A DNA stretch of 64,000 nt from Actinomycetota bacterium (GTDB taxonomy: Bacteria > Actinomycetota > Acidimicrobiia > Acidimicrobiales > JAJPHE01): assembly GCA_021325435.1 (NCBI GenBank), contig JAJPHE010000010.1:8647-72646 (forward strand). Direction: 5' to 3'. The notes beneath the pieces were generated by a model. It searched no databases. It had not been told where the DNA came from and saw only the letters and a list, made by a program, of their open reading frames with translations. A program made the position numbers and the translations under genes. Shown in pieces: positions 28,692 through 38,498 of this stretch. The stretch's first letter is position 1, and every line of letters starts with the position of its first letter.

Positions 28692-30604
28692 CCGCCGTCA
28701 CCGAGCGCCGGTCGGGCCCGGCCACCGCCGCCGCCGAGGCGGCCGTCCCCGAGGGACCGCCCGAGATTCCGAGTTCGAGCCCGCTCGACCGACTGGCCCG
28801 GCTGCGGTCGCACCCGCTGGCCGTGCCGGCCGCCTGCGTGGTCCTGGCCGTGCTCCTGCCCCTGGCCGGCGGGCATGCGATCTCCGAGCCCACGATCAAC
28901 ACCTTCAGCTACGGGATCCTCGCCGGGCTGCTGGCCCTGTCGCTCAACATGATCACCGGCTACGCCGGTCCGGTGTCACTGGGCCAGGCCGCCTTCCTCG
29001 GGGTGGGGGCCTTCGCCACCGGGCTGGTCGTCACCAAGTCGGGGCTCCCGTCGGCGGCCGCCTTCCCGGTAGCCGTGGTGGCCAGCGCCCTGGTCGGCGC
29101 CCTCGGCGCCCTGCTGGTGGGTTTGCCGGCGCTGCGGCTGCGGGGCATCTACCTGGCCCTTTCCACCTTCGCCTTCGCCGACGCCGTCGACCACTACTTC
29201 TTCAACCTGCAGAAGCTGACCGGCCTGGGCTCGGGCATCACCGTCCCCCGCCCCCACCTCGGGCCGTTGTCGCTGCACACCAGCAGCAACTACATCGTCG
29301 TGCCGCTGCTCGCCCTCGCCGTCATCTGGGTGTTCGACCAGCGGCTGCGGGGCACCCGGCTCGGCCGCTCGCTGATCGCCATCCGCGAGAGCGAAGAGGT
29401 GGCGGCCAGCTTCGGGGTGCGGGTGCCGTGGGCCAAGCTCGCCGCCTTCCTGGCCAGCGGGGCGGTGGCCGGGCTCACCGGGGCGCTGTTCGCCTACCAG
29501 GTGACGGTGGTGAACAAGAACAGCTTCACCCTCGACCAGTCGCTCTTCTACCTGATCATCGTGGTGGTCGGCGGGCTGGGCTCGCGGGGCGGGGTGCTGG
29601 CCGCCGGCGTGCTGTTCATCGCCCTGCCCAAGTGGCTGGCGGCCCTGCAGGGCTGGGACTTCATCGTCGCCGCCCTCCTGCTGGTGTTCACCCTGGCCCG
29701 CCACCCCGGCGGCTTCCCGGGCATGCTGGCCGAGGCCCGCGACAAGCGCATGCTGCGCCGGGGCCACGACGACCTCGACAGCGAGCTGCCCGCCGCGGCC
29801 GCCGCCACCGAGCCTCCGGGCCCGGACCAGCGCCCGGCGACCGGGGGGCGCCTCGAGGTCACCGGCGTCACCGTCCGCTTCGGTGGCCTGACCGCCGTCA
29901 ACGGCGCCGGCCTGGTGGTGGAGCCGGGCGAGGCCGTCGGCCTCATCGGTCCCAACGGCGCCGGCAAGTCCACCCTGTTCAACGCCATCAGCGGCTTCGT
30001 CACCCCCAACTCCGGGCGGGTCCTCCTCGACGGCGAGGACGTGACCGATCTGCCCGCCCACGAGCGGGCCGGCCGGGGTCTGGGACGGACCTTCCAGCAG
30101 GTGGGCCTGGTCAAGGGGGCCACCCTGGTCGAGAACCTCATGCTCGCCCAGCACGTGCGGATCGGCTCGGACATGGGGCCGCTGGTCGGCACCCGGGCCG
30201 GGCGGGCGGCCGAGGAGAGCTCCCGGGCCCGGGCCCACGAACTCCTGGAGGAGATCGGCCTGACCCGCTACGCCGAGGTGAGGGCGGCCGCTCTGTCCAC
30301 CGGCCAACAGCGTCTGGTCGAGCTGGCCTGCGCGGTGGCGGCCCGACCCCGGCTCCTGCTCCTCGACGAGCCGTCGGCCGGGCTGTCCCCGGCGGCGGCC
30401 GAGCACCTCGCCGGCCAGCTCGCCGCCCTCCGGGCCCGCCACGCCACCAGCCTGCTGCTGATCGAGCACCACCTGCCCCTGGTGCTGGCGGTGTGCGAGC
30501 GGTGCTACGTCCTCGACGCCGGCAGCATCCTCGCCGAGGGCCCGAGCAAGAAGGTGGTGAAGCGGCCCGAGGTAGTGGCCGCCTACCTGGGGGAGGCCCC
30601 ATGA
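28688..30604 (+). CDS. Fused HAAT permease-ATPase (LivM-LivG-like)
   Basis: ATGA overlap; GYAGPVSLGQAAF, GRSLIAIRESE, then GPNGAGKST and LLLLDEP. Confidence 0.92.
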   Translation: MTAVTERRSGPATAAAEAAVPEGPPEIPSSSPLDRLARLRSHPLAVPAACVVLAVLLPLAGGHAISEPTINTFSYGILAGLLALSLNMITGYAGPVSLGQAAFLGVGAFATGLVVTKSGLPSAAAFPVAVVASALVGALGALLVGLPALRLRGIYLALSTFAFADAVDHYFFNLQKLTGLGSGITVPRPHLGPLSLHTSSNYIVVPLLALAVIWVFDQRLRGTRLGRSLIAIRESEEVAASFGVRVPWAKLAAFLASGAVAGLTGALFAYQVTVVNKNSFTLDQSLFYLIIVVVGGLGSRGGVLAAGVLFIALPKWLAALQGWDFIVAALLLVFTLARHPGGFPGMLAEARDKRMLRRGHDDLDSELPAAAAATEPPGPDQRPATGGRLEVTGVTVRFGGLTAVNGAGLVVEPGEAVGLIGPNGAGKSTLFNAISGFVTPNSGRVLLDGEDVTDLPAHERAGRGLGRTFQQVGLVKGATLVENLMLAQHVRIGSDMGPLVGTRAGRAAEESSRARAHELLEEIGLTRYAEVRAAALSTGQQRLVELACAVAARPRLLLLDEPSAGLSPAAAEHLAGQLAALRARHATSLLLIEHHLPLVLAVCERCYVLDAGSILAEGPSKKVVKRPEVVAAYLGEAP

Positions 30605-31389
30605 GCCTGCTGGTCGTCGAAGAGCTGGTGGCCGGCTACGGCAGCCACACCGTGCTGCACGGGGTCGCCTTCGAGGTGAGCGAAGGCGAGGCCGTGGCCA
30701 TGCTCGGGCTCAACGGGGCCGGCAAGTCGGTCACCCTGCGCTGCGTCACCGGCATCCTGCCGGCCTGGTCGGGGCGGATAACCCTCGACGGCAAGGACAT
30801 CACGGGCGCGTCGGCGGAGGCCCGCACCCGGCTCGGCATCGCCACCGTCCCCCAGGGGCGGGGCATCTTCCCCGACCTGTCCGTCGAGCAGAACCTCCGC
30901 CTCGGCGGCTACCGGCTGCCCGCCCGCACCTACCGCGAGCGGCGCGAGGAGCTGCTGGCCCGCTTCCCCGTCCTGGCCGAGCGGGCCGAGCAGCGGGCCG
31001 GCACCCTGTCCGGAGGCGAGCAGGCCGTCCTGGCCGTCAACCGGGCCCTGCTCTCCAAGCCCCGGCTGCTGATCCTCGACGAGCCCACCGCCGGCCTGTC
31101 GCCGGCCGCCACCGCCACCCTGCTCAGCCTGCTGACCGGGCTGCGCGACGCCGGCACGACCCTGCTGGTCGTCGAGCAGAACGTGGGGTTCGCCCTGACC
31201 ATCGCCCACCGGGCCCTGCTCATGCAGAAGGGGCGGGTGATCCAGGAGGCCTCGCCCGACAAGCTCGGCGACCGCCGGGCCCTGCTCGCCGCCCTCGGCG
31301 CCGGGGAGCTGAGCAAGCCCGCCCGCCGGCGGGCGCCGGCCAAGACGGCCAAGGGCGCCGCCGGCGCCGCCAAGGCCGCGGCCGGCTGA
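30601..31389 (+). CDS. HAAT ABC ATPase (LivF-like)
   Basis: [20 protein letters not shown] and VEQN. Confidence 0.92.
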   Translation: MSLLVVEELVAGYGSHTVLHGVAFEVSEGEAVAMLGLNGAGKSVTLRCVTGILPAWSGRITLDGKDITGASAEARTRLGIATVPQGRGIFPDLSVEQNLRLGGYRLPARTYRERREELLARFPVLAERAEQRAGTLSGGEQAVLAVNRALLSKPRLLILDEPTAGLSPAATATLLSLLTGLRDAGTTLLVVEQNVGFALTIAHRALLMQKGRVIQEASPDKLGDRRALLAALGAGELSKPARRRAPAKTAKGAAGAAKAAAG

Positions 31390-31432
31390 GCGGGCCGGAG
31401 GGAACCCGGCCGGCGCCGTCGAATCTGGAGGC

Positions 31433-32419
31433 GTGCTCGCCCGGGCCGTACGCGTCGCGCTCGTCCTCGCCGTGCTGACCTCGGGGCTGGCGGCCACCGC
31501 CGCCCACGCCGCCGGCGGGCCCTGTCCCGTCCTGGTCCTGAGCGCCATGCCCCTCGAGGCGGCGCCGATCCTCGCCCACGCCCGCGTCGACCCGAACCCG
31601 GCCTACACCTACAACGGGCGCGGCTTCTGGGCCGGCAACGTGGAGGGGAACCGGGCGGTGATCGCCCTCACCGGCATCGGCATCCAGAACGCCACCCATA
31701 CCACCACCGCCGCCTTCGCCCACTTCGGCTGCTTCTCGGCCGTGGTGTTCTCGGGCACGTCGGGAGGCGACTACATCGGGGACGTCATGGTGCCCTCGCG
31801 CTGGACGCTCGACGGCAGGCACTTCCTCGCCACCAGCCCGTCGACGCTGGCCGCCCTGCGCACCGCGCTGGCCCGCCCGGTGCCCCTCGAGCAGTCGACT
31901 CCGGTCGGCGACCCCGCCTGCCTGTGCGGCGTCACCCCCCGGGCTCCGGTCAACCTGCCGGTGACCGTCGAGCACAAGCCCCGGGTCGAGGTCGGGGGCA
32001 ACGGGTACTCGGGCGACGGCTTCGGCGGCCGGGCCCTCCCCTGCGTCCCCGCGGCCAACGACGTGTTCGGGTGCTGGCCCTGCCCCTTCGTCGACGCCCA
32101 GGCCGCCCGGCAGGGGCAGAACCTCGCCACCACCGTGCCGCCCTTCCTCGAGCCGTCGTTCTTCACCGGCTACGGGGCCGCCTCGGCCACCCCGCCGGGC
32201 ACCTACGTGAGCGAGGACATGGAGACGGCCGCGGTGTTCTCGGTGGCCGCCGCCCACCACGTGCCGTTCATCGGCTTCCGCGCCGCGTCCGACGGGGGCG
32301 GCGACCCGCTGCACCTGCCCGGCTTCCCCGCCGAGTTCTTCGTCTACCGTCAACTGGCCGCCGACAACGCCGCCTCGGCCGCCCTCGCCTTCCTGCACCA
32401 ATGGAGGATGTCCGCATGA
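31433..32419 (+). CDS. Secreted MTA/SAH-nucleosidase-like (PNP_UDP family) protein
   Basis: Signal peptide; [33 protein letters not shown] and FRAASD. Confidence 0.8.
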   Translation: MLARAVRVALVLAVLTSGLAATAAHAAGGPCPVLVLSAMPLEAAPILAHARVDPNPAYTYNGRGFWAGNVEGNRAVIALTGIGIQNATHTTTAAFAHFGCFSAVVFSGTSGGDYIGDVMVPSRWTLDGRHFLATSPSTLAALRTALARPVPLEQSTPVGDPACLCGVTPRAPVNLPVTVEHKPRVEVGGNGYSGDGFGGRALPCVPAANDVFGCWPCPFVDAQAARQGQNLATTVPPFLEPSFFTGYGAASATPPGTYVSEDMETAAVFSVAAAHHVPFIGFRAASDGGGDPLHLPGFPAEFFVYRQLAADNAASAALAFLHQWRMSA

Positions 32420-33270
32420 CCCGTGCCCTGGTTCTGAGCGGTGGCGGACCGGTGGGGATCGCCTGGGAGACCGGCATCGTCACCGGGCTGGCCGATGCCG
32501 GCGTCGACCTGGCCGACGCCGACCTCATCGTGGGGACCTCGGCCGGCGCCGCCGTGGGCGCCCAGATGGCGATCGGCCTCGACCTCACCGAGCAGCTGAG
32601 CCGCTTCCACCGCCCGGCCTCAGGATCCGCCGGCCCGGCGGCCGGCGCCGGGCTGGCCAAGCTCATCGAGCTGATGACCGAGCCGGGTGACCCCGAGGAG
32701 CGCCGGCGGCGGATCGGCCGCTACGCCCTGGAGGCCGACACCGCCCCCGAGGCGGCCTTCGTGGCCTCGTTCGAGCACCTGAGGGCCAAGCGGTGGCCGG
32801 CCCGGTTCCGCTGCACGGCTGCCGACGCCGAGAGCGGCGAGTTCGCCGTCTGGGAGGGGCAGCCCGGGGTGGACCTCGACCGGGCGGTGGCATCGAGCTG
32901 CGCCGTGCCCGGCATCTTTCCGCCCATCACCATCAACGGCCGGCGCTACATCGACGGCGGCATGCGCTCGCTCACCAACGCCGACCTGGCCGCCGGCCAT
33001 GACCGCGTCCTGGTCGTCACCCTGACCGGCGGGGCCCGGTCCGCCGGCGCCGGACCGTGGGCCGAGCACCTGCGTCGCACCAGCGCGGCGGAAAGGGAGG
33101 CGATCGCCGCCGCGGGGGGCGTCGTCGAGGTGGTAGGGCCCGACGCCGAGGCCTCGTCCGTCATGGGCCTCAACCTGATGGCCTCCGACCGCCTCCTGGA
33201 GGTCGCCGAGGTGGCCCGGAGCCAGGCCAAGCGGGAGGCCGACCGGCTGGGGGATTTCTGGGCGGCGTAG
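32416..33270 (+). CDS. Patatin-like phospholipase/esterase
   Basis: SGGGPVG, GTSAG and DGG. Confidence 0.92.
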   Translation: MTRALVLSGGGPVGIAWETGIVTGLADAGVDLADADLIVGTSAGAAVGAQMAIGLDLTEQLSRFHRPASGSAGPAAGAGLAKLIELMTEPGDPEERRRRIGRYALEADTAPEAAFVASFEHLRAKRWPARFRCTAADAESGEFAVWEGQPGVDLDRAVASSCAVPGIFPPITINGRRYIDGGMRSLTNADLAAGHDRVLVVTLTGGARSAGAGPWAEHLRRTSAAEREAIAAAGGVVEVVGPDAEASSVMGLNLMASDRLLEVAEVARSQAKREADRLGDFWAA

Positions 33271-33283
33271 CCTCCCCGGGCCG

Positions 33284-34084
33284 GTGAACCTCGACATCGA
33301 CATCCTCTACCGCCAGCACCTCGCCGACAGCGACCGGCGCGTCCTGCGCTCGCTCGGCGCCGACGAGGGACGGGACCTCGACGCCGTCCTGTCGGATCCC
33401 GCCCTCGAGGAGGCCCTCCTGTCGCCGGAGGGGCACACCGAGCTGGCCCACACCTCGCCGTTCCTCACCTTCGCCGTGGCCGTGCACCGCACCGCCGCCC
33501 GCCTGGGCACCGCCACCTACGTCGAGGAGCGGTGGGCCCCCCGCCGGCGGGTGCCGGTGTTCGACGTCGGCCCCATGCGCGACCTGCTGGCCGCCGCCGA
33601 ACGGCGGTTCTTCCTCGTGGAGCTGCTGGCCTCCTACACCCACGTGGCCAGCGGGGCCACCTGGCAGCGCACCCGGCGGGGGTGGCGACGGCGCCGGTTC
33701 AGCGAGCTCGACCCGGTCCGCCTGGCCGAGCTGCTCGAGGTGGTGCCGGCGCCGGAGCAGGCCGGCATCTACCGCCGGCTCGGCGACCTCGCCCTGTTCC
33801 TGACCGGCGTCTTCCCCGATCACATCGGCCTCGCTCCGTCGGCCACCGACCGGCTGCTGCGCCTGTCGGGCTGGCGGCTGGCGCCCGAGGACCGCCCCGG
33901 CACCCCGGAGCTGCTGGAGAGCCTGGGCCGGCGCTGGTACCGGTTGGCGGCCAGCCGGGCGCTGGCCCCGCTGCCGGTGGTGGCCGAGATCTCCGAGCGG
34001 TTCGTCGACGCCCGCCGCGTCCTCAACGTGGTGACGGACTGGTATCTCTTCCCGCTGCGCGACCAGTGGTTCGGGCGGGTCTGA
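33284..34084 (+). CDS. Conserved hypothetical protein (266 aa)
   Basis: Strong codon bias; RRLGDLALFLTGVFPD motif; in operon context. Confidence 0.75.
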   Translation: MNLDIDILYRQHLADSDRRVLRSLGADEGRDLDAVLSDPALEEALLSPEGHTELAHTSPFLTFAVAVHRTAARLGTATYVEERWAPRRRVPVFDVGPMRDLLAAAERRFFLVELLASYTHVASGATWQRTRRGWRRRRFSELDPVRLAELLEVVPAPEQAGIYRRLGDLALFLTGVFPDHIGLAPSATDRLLRLSGWRLAPEDRPGTPELLESLGRRWYRLAASRALAPLPVVAEISERFVDARRVLNVVTDWYLFPLRDQWFGRV

Positions 34085-34085
34085 C

Positions 34086-36431
34086 GTGGGACCGCTGGCC
34101 GGGCTGCGCGTCGTCGACCTGACCGACGACACCGGGCGCTTCGCCACCAAGCTGCTGGCCGAGTGCGGCGCGTCGGTCGTCCGCCTCGGCACCGGATGGG
34201 CGGGCCCGACCATGAGCGCGCCCGACGCCGCCGCCGGCGGCGGGCTGCTCGACTGGTGGTACGACGGGGGCAAGGCCCGGATCGACTCGGACCTCGACAC
34301 CGAGGAGGGCCGCCACGCCTACCGACGGCTGGCGGACCGGGCCGACCTGGTGGTCGAGACGGAACCGCCCGGGCGGCTGGCCGCCCTCGGCCTCGACCAC
34401 CCCGATCTGGTGGCCAGCAACCCGGCCCTGGTGCAGGTGTCGGTCACGCCGTTCGGTCGCACCGGGCCCCGCGCCGGCTGGCAGACGACCGACCTGGTCA
34501 CCTCGGCGCTGGGCGGCGCCCTCTCCCTGTCGGGATTGCCGGACGAGCCGGTCAACCCCTGGGGGCGGCAGCTGCTGAACTTCGGCGGGTTCCTCGCCGC
34601 CATCAGCGGGCTGGCCGCCGTCCGCCAGGCCCGGGTCACCGGGTCCGGCCAGCACGTCGACCTCTCGCTGCACGAGGTCGCCTGCTCGAGCATCGAGCAG
34701 CTGCTGTTCCAGTACTGGTTCGACGACGTGCTGCCCTACCCGAAGGTGGCGCCCCGCCAGGGGTCGCTGCACTGGATCCGGGCCTACAAGGTGGTCCCCG
34801 CCCGCCACGGGTGGGAGATGATCACTCCCACCCCCAACCTCAACGGGCTCATCGACTGGATGGTCGAGGAAGGGTTCCCCGCCGCCGCCAAGCTCGCCGG
34901 CCTGCCCCTGGCCGACGTCCTGGCCGACCTGCGGGGGCTGATGGACACCGTCGCCGATTTCGCCGCCACCCAGGACTCGGGCCCGCTGTTCGAGGAGGCC
35001 CAGCGCCGCCACATCGCCTTCGGCGAGGTGCAGACCGTCGCCCAAGTCGCCACCAACCCGCAGCACCGCTTCCGGGGGTTCTTCCGCCCGGCCGAGGGGA
35101 GCGGCGCAGACGTGGTGGTGCCGGGGCCGGTCGCCCGGTTCGCGTCGACGCCGGCGCCACCACCTCGCCCGCCCGGCCATGCCGCCGGCGTGGAGGAACT
35201 GCTCGAGGCGTGGGCGGACGACGGCCGGGCGACGAACGCCGGTACGGCGGCCGACCTCGACAAGCCGCTGAGCGGGCTGCGGGTCCTCGACCTGAGCCAC
35301 GTCCTCGCCGGCCCCATGTGCACCCGCATCCTCGGGGACCTCGGCGCCGACGTGGTGAAGGTGCAGACCACCGAGCGGGCCACCACGGTCAACGACCCGG
35401 CCCATCCCTACTTCTACGTGTGGAACCGCTCCAAGCGCGTGGTGACCCTCAACTTCAAGCACGACCGGGCCGCCGAGGTCCTGCAGGGCCTCGTCGAGCA
35501 CAGCGACGTCCTAGTGGAGAACTTCTCCGCCGGCGTGCTCGACCGCGTCGGCCTCTCCTACCAGCAGGTGAGCAGCTGGAACCCGCGCATCGTCTACGTG
35601 ACCATGTCGGGCTGCGGGCACCAGGGGCCGTGGTCCAACCTGGTCACCTACGCCCCGACCATCCACGCCCTGTGCGGGCTCACCTGGCTGTCGAACCCGT
35701 CCGGGCGGGCCGACATCGGCCCCGGGTTCTCCCTCAACGACCACGCCGCCGGCATGTCCGCGGCCGTGGCGGTGCTCGCCGCCCTGCTGAGCCGCGACGT
35801 CACCGGCGCCGGCCAGCACGTCGACATCTCCCAGCTGGAGACCGGCGGCTACCTGATCGGCCCGGCCCTCATGGACCTCATCAACAACGGGCGCGAGGCC
35901 GAGCCCGCCGGCAACCGCGATCCCTTCGGCCAGCTGGTGCCCAACGAGTGCTACCGCAGCGCCGACGGTGAATGGCTGGCGGTGTCGTGCCGCCACGACG
36001 AGGACTGGGCCCGCCTGGTGTCGGCTACCGGCATCCCCGCCGGGCCCGAGCTGTCCGAGCGGGCCGGGCGTCTTGCCCGCATCGACGAGGTGGACTCCCT
36101 CCTCGGCGGTTGGGCGGCGACGGTGACGGCCGAGGCCGGCCAGGCGCGGCTGCAGGCGGCGGGGGTGCCGGCCGGGAGGGTCCAGCACGCCGGCGACCTG
36201 ATGGCCGACCCGCAGCTGGTGGCCCGGGGCATGTGGCGCACCTTCGACCACTCCGCCTTCGGCCCTCGGCCCCACGACCGCTTCCCCGCCCTCTGGGGCG
36301 CATCGACCCTGGAGCCGTACCTCGGGCCCGCCTCCTATCCGGGCGAGCACAACTTCGAGGTCTACGGCGAGCTGCTCGGCCTCGACGAAGGGGCGGTGGC
36401 CGAAGGCATGGGCGAGGGTCTGTTCAACTGA
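34086..36431 (+). CDS. Two-domain (tandem) CaiB/BaiF CoA-transferase
   Basis: Two LxGLRVxDL starts; the second domain has WNRSKR, ENFS and SLNDHAAG. Confidence 0.9.
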   Translation: MGPLAGLRVVDLTDDTGRFATKLLAECGASVVRLGTGWAGPTMSAPDAAAGGGLLDWWYDGGKARIDSDLDTEEGRHAYRRLADRADLVVETEPPGRLAALGLDHPDLVASNPALVQVSVTPFGRTGPRAGWQTTDLVTSALGGALSLSGLPDEPVNPWGRQLLNFGGFLAAISGLAAVRQARVTGSGQHVDLSLHEVACSSIEQLLFQYWFDDVLPYPKVAPRQGSLHWIRAYKVVPARHGWEMITPTPNLNGLIDWMVEEGFPAAAKLAGLPLADVLADLRGLMDTVADFAATQDSGPLFEEAQRRHIAFGEVQTVAQVATNPQHRFRGFFRPAEGSGADVVVPGPVARFASTPAPPPRPPGHAAGVEELLEAWADDGRATNAGTAADLDKPLSGLRVLDLSHVLAGPMCTRILGDLGADVVKVQTTERATTVNDPAHPYFYVWNRSKRVVTLNFKHDRAAEVLQGLVEHSDVLVENFSAGVLDRVGLSYQQVSSWNPRIVYVTMSGCGHQGPWSNLVTYAPTIHALCGLTWLSNPSGRADIGPGFSLNDHAAGMSAAVAVLAALLSRDVTGAGQHVDISQLETGGYLIGPALMDLINNGREAEPAGNRDPFGQLVPNECYRSADGEWLAVSCRHDEDWARLVSATGIPAGPELSERAGRLARIDEVDSLLGGWAATVTAEAGQARLQAAGVPAGRVQHAGDLMADPQLVARGMWRTFDHSAFGPRPHDRFPALWGASTLEPYLGPASYPGEHNFEVYGELLGLDEGAVAEGMGEGLFN

Positions 36432-36554
36432 CTCGACAGGCCGCGCCGCCTGTGCCCGAACCCTGATTGCCGCAACAGTCTTCCCCGAAGCTTCCCTTGC
36501 GTCGGATGGCCCTCGGGGGGATCATGGCCCCTCACCTGATCGAGGAGCGGCGGA

Positions 36555-38468
36555 ATGATCGCGACAGCGAAGTCTTCGATAGTCCGGTCAGCGCGGTGGC
36601 CGCGCCGGCTGGTGAGCGTGATGATGACTGCGACGGCGCTAGGCGCCTTCATCGGCGTCGGGGCACCAGCCGCTCATGCGGCCACCGCCACCAGCCAGCT
36701 GGTATCGGGCGTCCCCAACCTGTACGCAGTGGCCTGTCCGTCAGCGGGCAACTGCGTGGCCATCGGGAGCAGCGGCGGGGGCTTCTCCGGAGCTTCCCCC
36801 GTCGGCTATGTCGTGCCGATCACCAACGGGTCGCCCGGTCCGGTGCAGCAGGTGCAGGGTTACTTCCTGTACGGCATCGCCTGTGAGACGAGCCAGTTGT
36901 GCCTGGCGGTGGGGGGCAACCCCTCCGGCCCCGTGGTGGTGCCGGTGGTCAACGGGGCGGCGGGCTCGCCGCAGCCAGTCAGCGGAGCCACCCAACTCAA
37001 CGCTATTGCCTGCCCGACGTCGAACAGCTGCCTGGCCGTGGGCACGAACGGGCAGTACCAACAGACGTCCGGGCAGGGTGTGATCGTCCCGATAACCGGG
37101 CAGAGCCCGGGTCAACCGATAATCGTGGCCGCCGCCACCGACCTAGAGTCCATCTCCTGCCGATCGGCAAACGATTGCGTGAGCGTCGGCACCGGCGGCA
37201 ACCAAGGCGCCAACGGTGTCGTCTACTTCGCCGATGGCGGCGGAGCCCAGGCGGCGCCGACGTTCACCAATCCGAACGGCGGCCTCGGCTCCATCAGCTG
37301 CTCGTCGTCGACGTGGTGCCTGATGTCGGGTCAGGCGCAAACCACCTCGGGACTCATCCCGATCAGCGGGAGTCAGGTCCAGATGTCGGCGGTCAAACCG
37401 GTACCGTCGGGCGAGGGGCTCTATCCGGGGGCGTGCGGGGTCGGCGGGGGCTGCGTGGGCGTGGGCTCGTCGAACTCCCAGCCGATGGCCATCGGCCTGG
37501 CGGAAGACGGAACTCAGTCGAGTTCTCCGCTCATCTTCAACTACGCCGGAGGAGTGTTGGATTCCGTGGCCTGCCCCGGGTCGGTATGCACAGCCGTCGG
37601 CACCGCCCAGACCAGCTCCGGGGGCGCCTACCAGGGCCTGGTGGCCCAGTTCAGTCCGCCTCCCATCCCCGGACCTTCGGGCGTGCCCCAGCAGGTGGCC
37701 TGCTCACCGTCGAACCCGGGGTCGGGCTACCGCTTCGTGGCTCGCGACGGCGGGATCTTCACCTACGGCAACCAGAGCTTCTGTGGCTCCACCGGCAACA
37801 TCGCCTTGGCCGCCCCCATCGTCGGGATGGCGACCACCCCAGACCGCGCCGGCTACTGGCTGGTGGCGTCGGACGGGGGGATCTTCGCCTTCGGCGACGC
37901 CGCCTTCCACGGGTCGACCGGTGCCATGCACCTGGCCCAGCCGATCGTCGGGATGGCGTCGACGCCCGACGGCGGCGGCTACTGGCTGGTGGCGTCGGAC
38001 GGCGGCATCTTCACCTTCGGCGACGCCCACTTCTTCGGGTCGACCGGTGCCCTACACCTGGCCCAGCCGATCGTGGGGATGGCTTCGACGCCCGACGGCG
38101 GCGGCTACTGGCTCGTCGCCCGCGACGGCGGCATCTTCACCTTCGGGGACGCCCACTTCTTCGGCTCGACCGGAGCGATCAAGCTCAACCGGCCCATCGT
38201 CGGCATGGCGGCCACCCCGGACGCGGGCGGATACACGATGGTCGCCTCCGACGGGGGCATCTTCACCTTCGGGGACGCCCACTTCTTCGGATCAGCGGGC
38301 AGTCTCCACCTCAACGCGCCGATCGTGAGCATGGCCCGGACCCCCGACGGCGGGGGCTACTGGCTGGTCGCCTCCGACGGCGGCATCTTCACCTACGGGG
38401 ACGCCGGCTTCTTCGGCTCGGCCGGGGCGATCCGCCTCGCCCAGCCCATCGTGGGGATGTCGTCCTGA
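36555..38468 (+). CDS. Secreted repeat protein: seven Cys-pair repeats plus six GYWLVASDGGIF repeats
   Basis: Signal peptide; LxxxxCxxxxxCxxxG seven times; then a 42-aa tandem repeat six times. Confidence 0.88.
   Translation: MIATAKSSIVRSARWPRRLVSVMMTATALGAFIGVGAPAAHAATATSQLVSGVPNLYAVACPSAGNCVAIGSSGGGFSGASPVGYVVPITNGSPGPVQQVQGYFLYGIACETSQLCLAVGGNPSGPVVVPVVNGAAGSPQPVSGATQLNAIACPTSNSCLAVGTNGQYQQTSGQGVIVPITGQSPGQPIIVAAATDLESISCRSANDCVSVGTGGNQGANGVVYFADGGGAQAAPTFTNPNGGLGSISCSSSTWCLMSGQAQTTSGLIPISGSQVQMSAVKPVPSGEGLYPGACGVGGGCVGVGSSNSQPMAIGLAEDGTQSSSPLIFNYAGGVLDSVACPGSVCTAVGTAQTSSGGAYQGLVAQFSPPPIPGPSGVPQQVACSPSNPGSGYRFVARDGGIFTYGNQSFCGSTGNIALAAPIVGMATTPDRAGYWLVASDGGIFAFGDAAFHGSTGAMHLAQPIVGMASTPDGGGYWLVASDGGIFTFGDAHFFGSTGALHLAQPIVGMASTPDGGGYWLVARDGGIFTFGDAHFFGSTGAIKLNRPIVGMAATPDAGGYTMVASDGGIFTFGDAHFFGSAGSLHLNAPIVSMARTPDGGGYWLVASDGGIFTYGDAGFFGSAGAIRLAQPIVGMSS
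37725..38465 (+). repeat. Six 126-bp coding tandem repeats
   Basis: Units begin at 37725, 37851, 37977, 38103, 38229 and 38355; the last is slightly truncated by the stop. Confidence 0.9.
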
Positions 38469-38498
38469 GCGCCGCCCTGAACTGATCGGAAGCGCGTC

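Noticed and set aside
37725-38465. CRISPR-like array
   Set aside because: The repeats are 126-bp in-frame coding units without unique spacers, and there are no cas genes.
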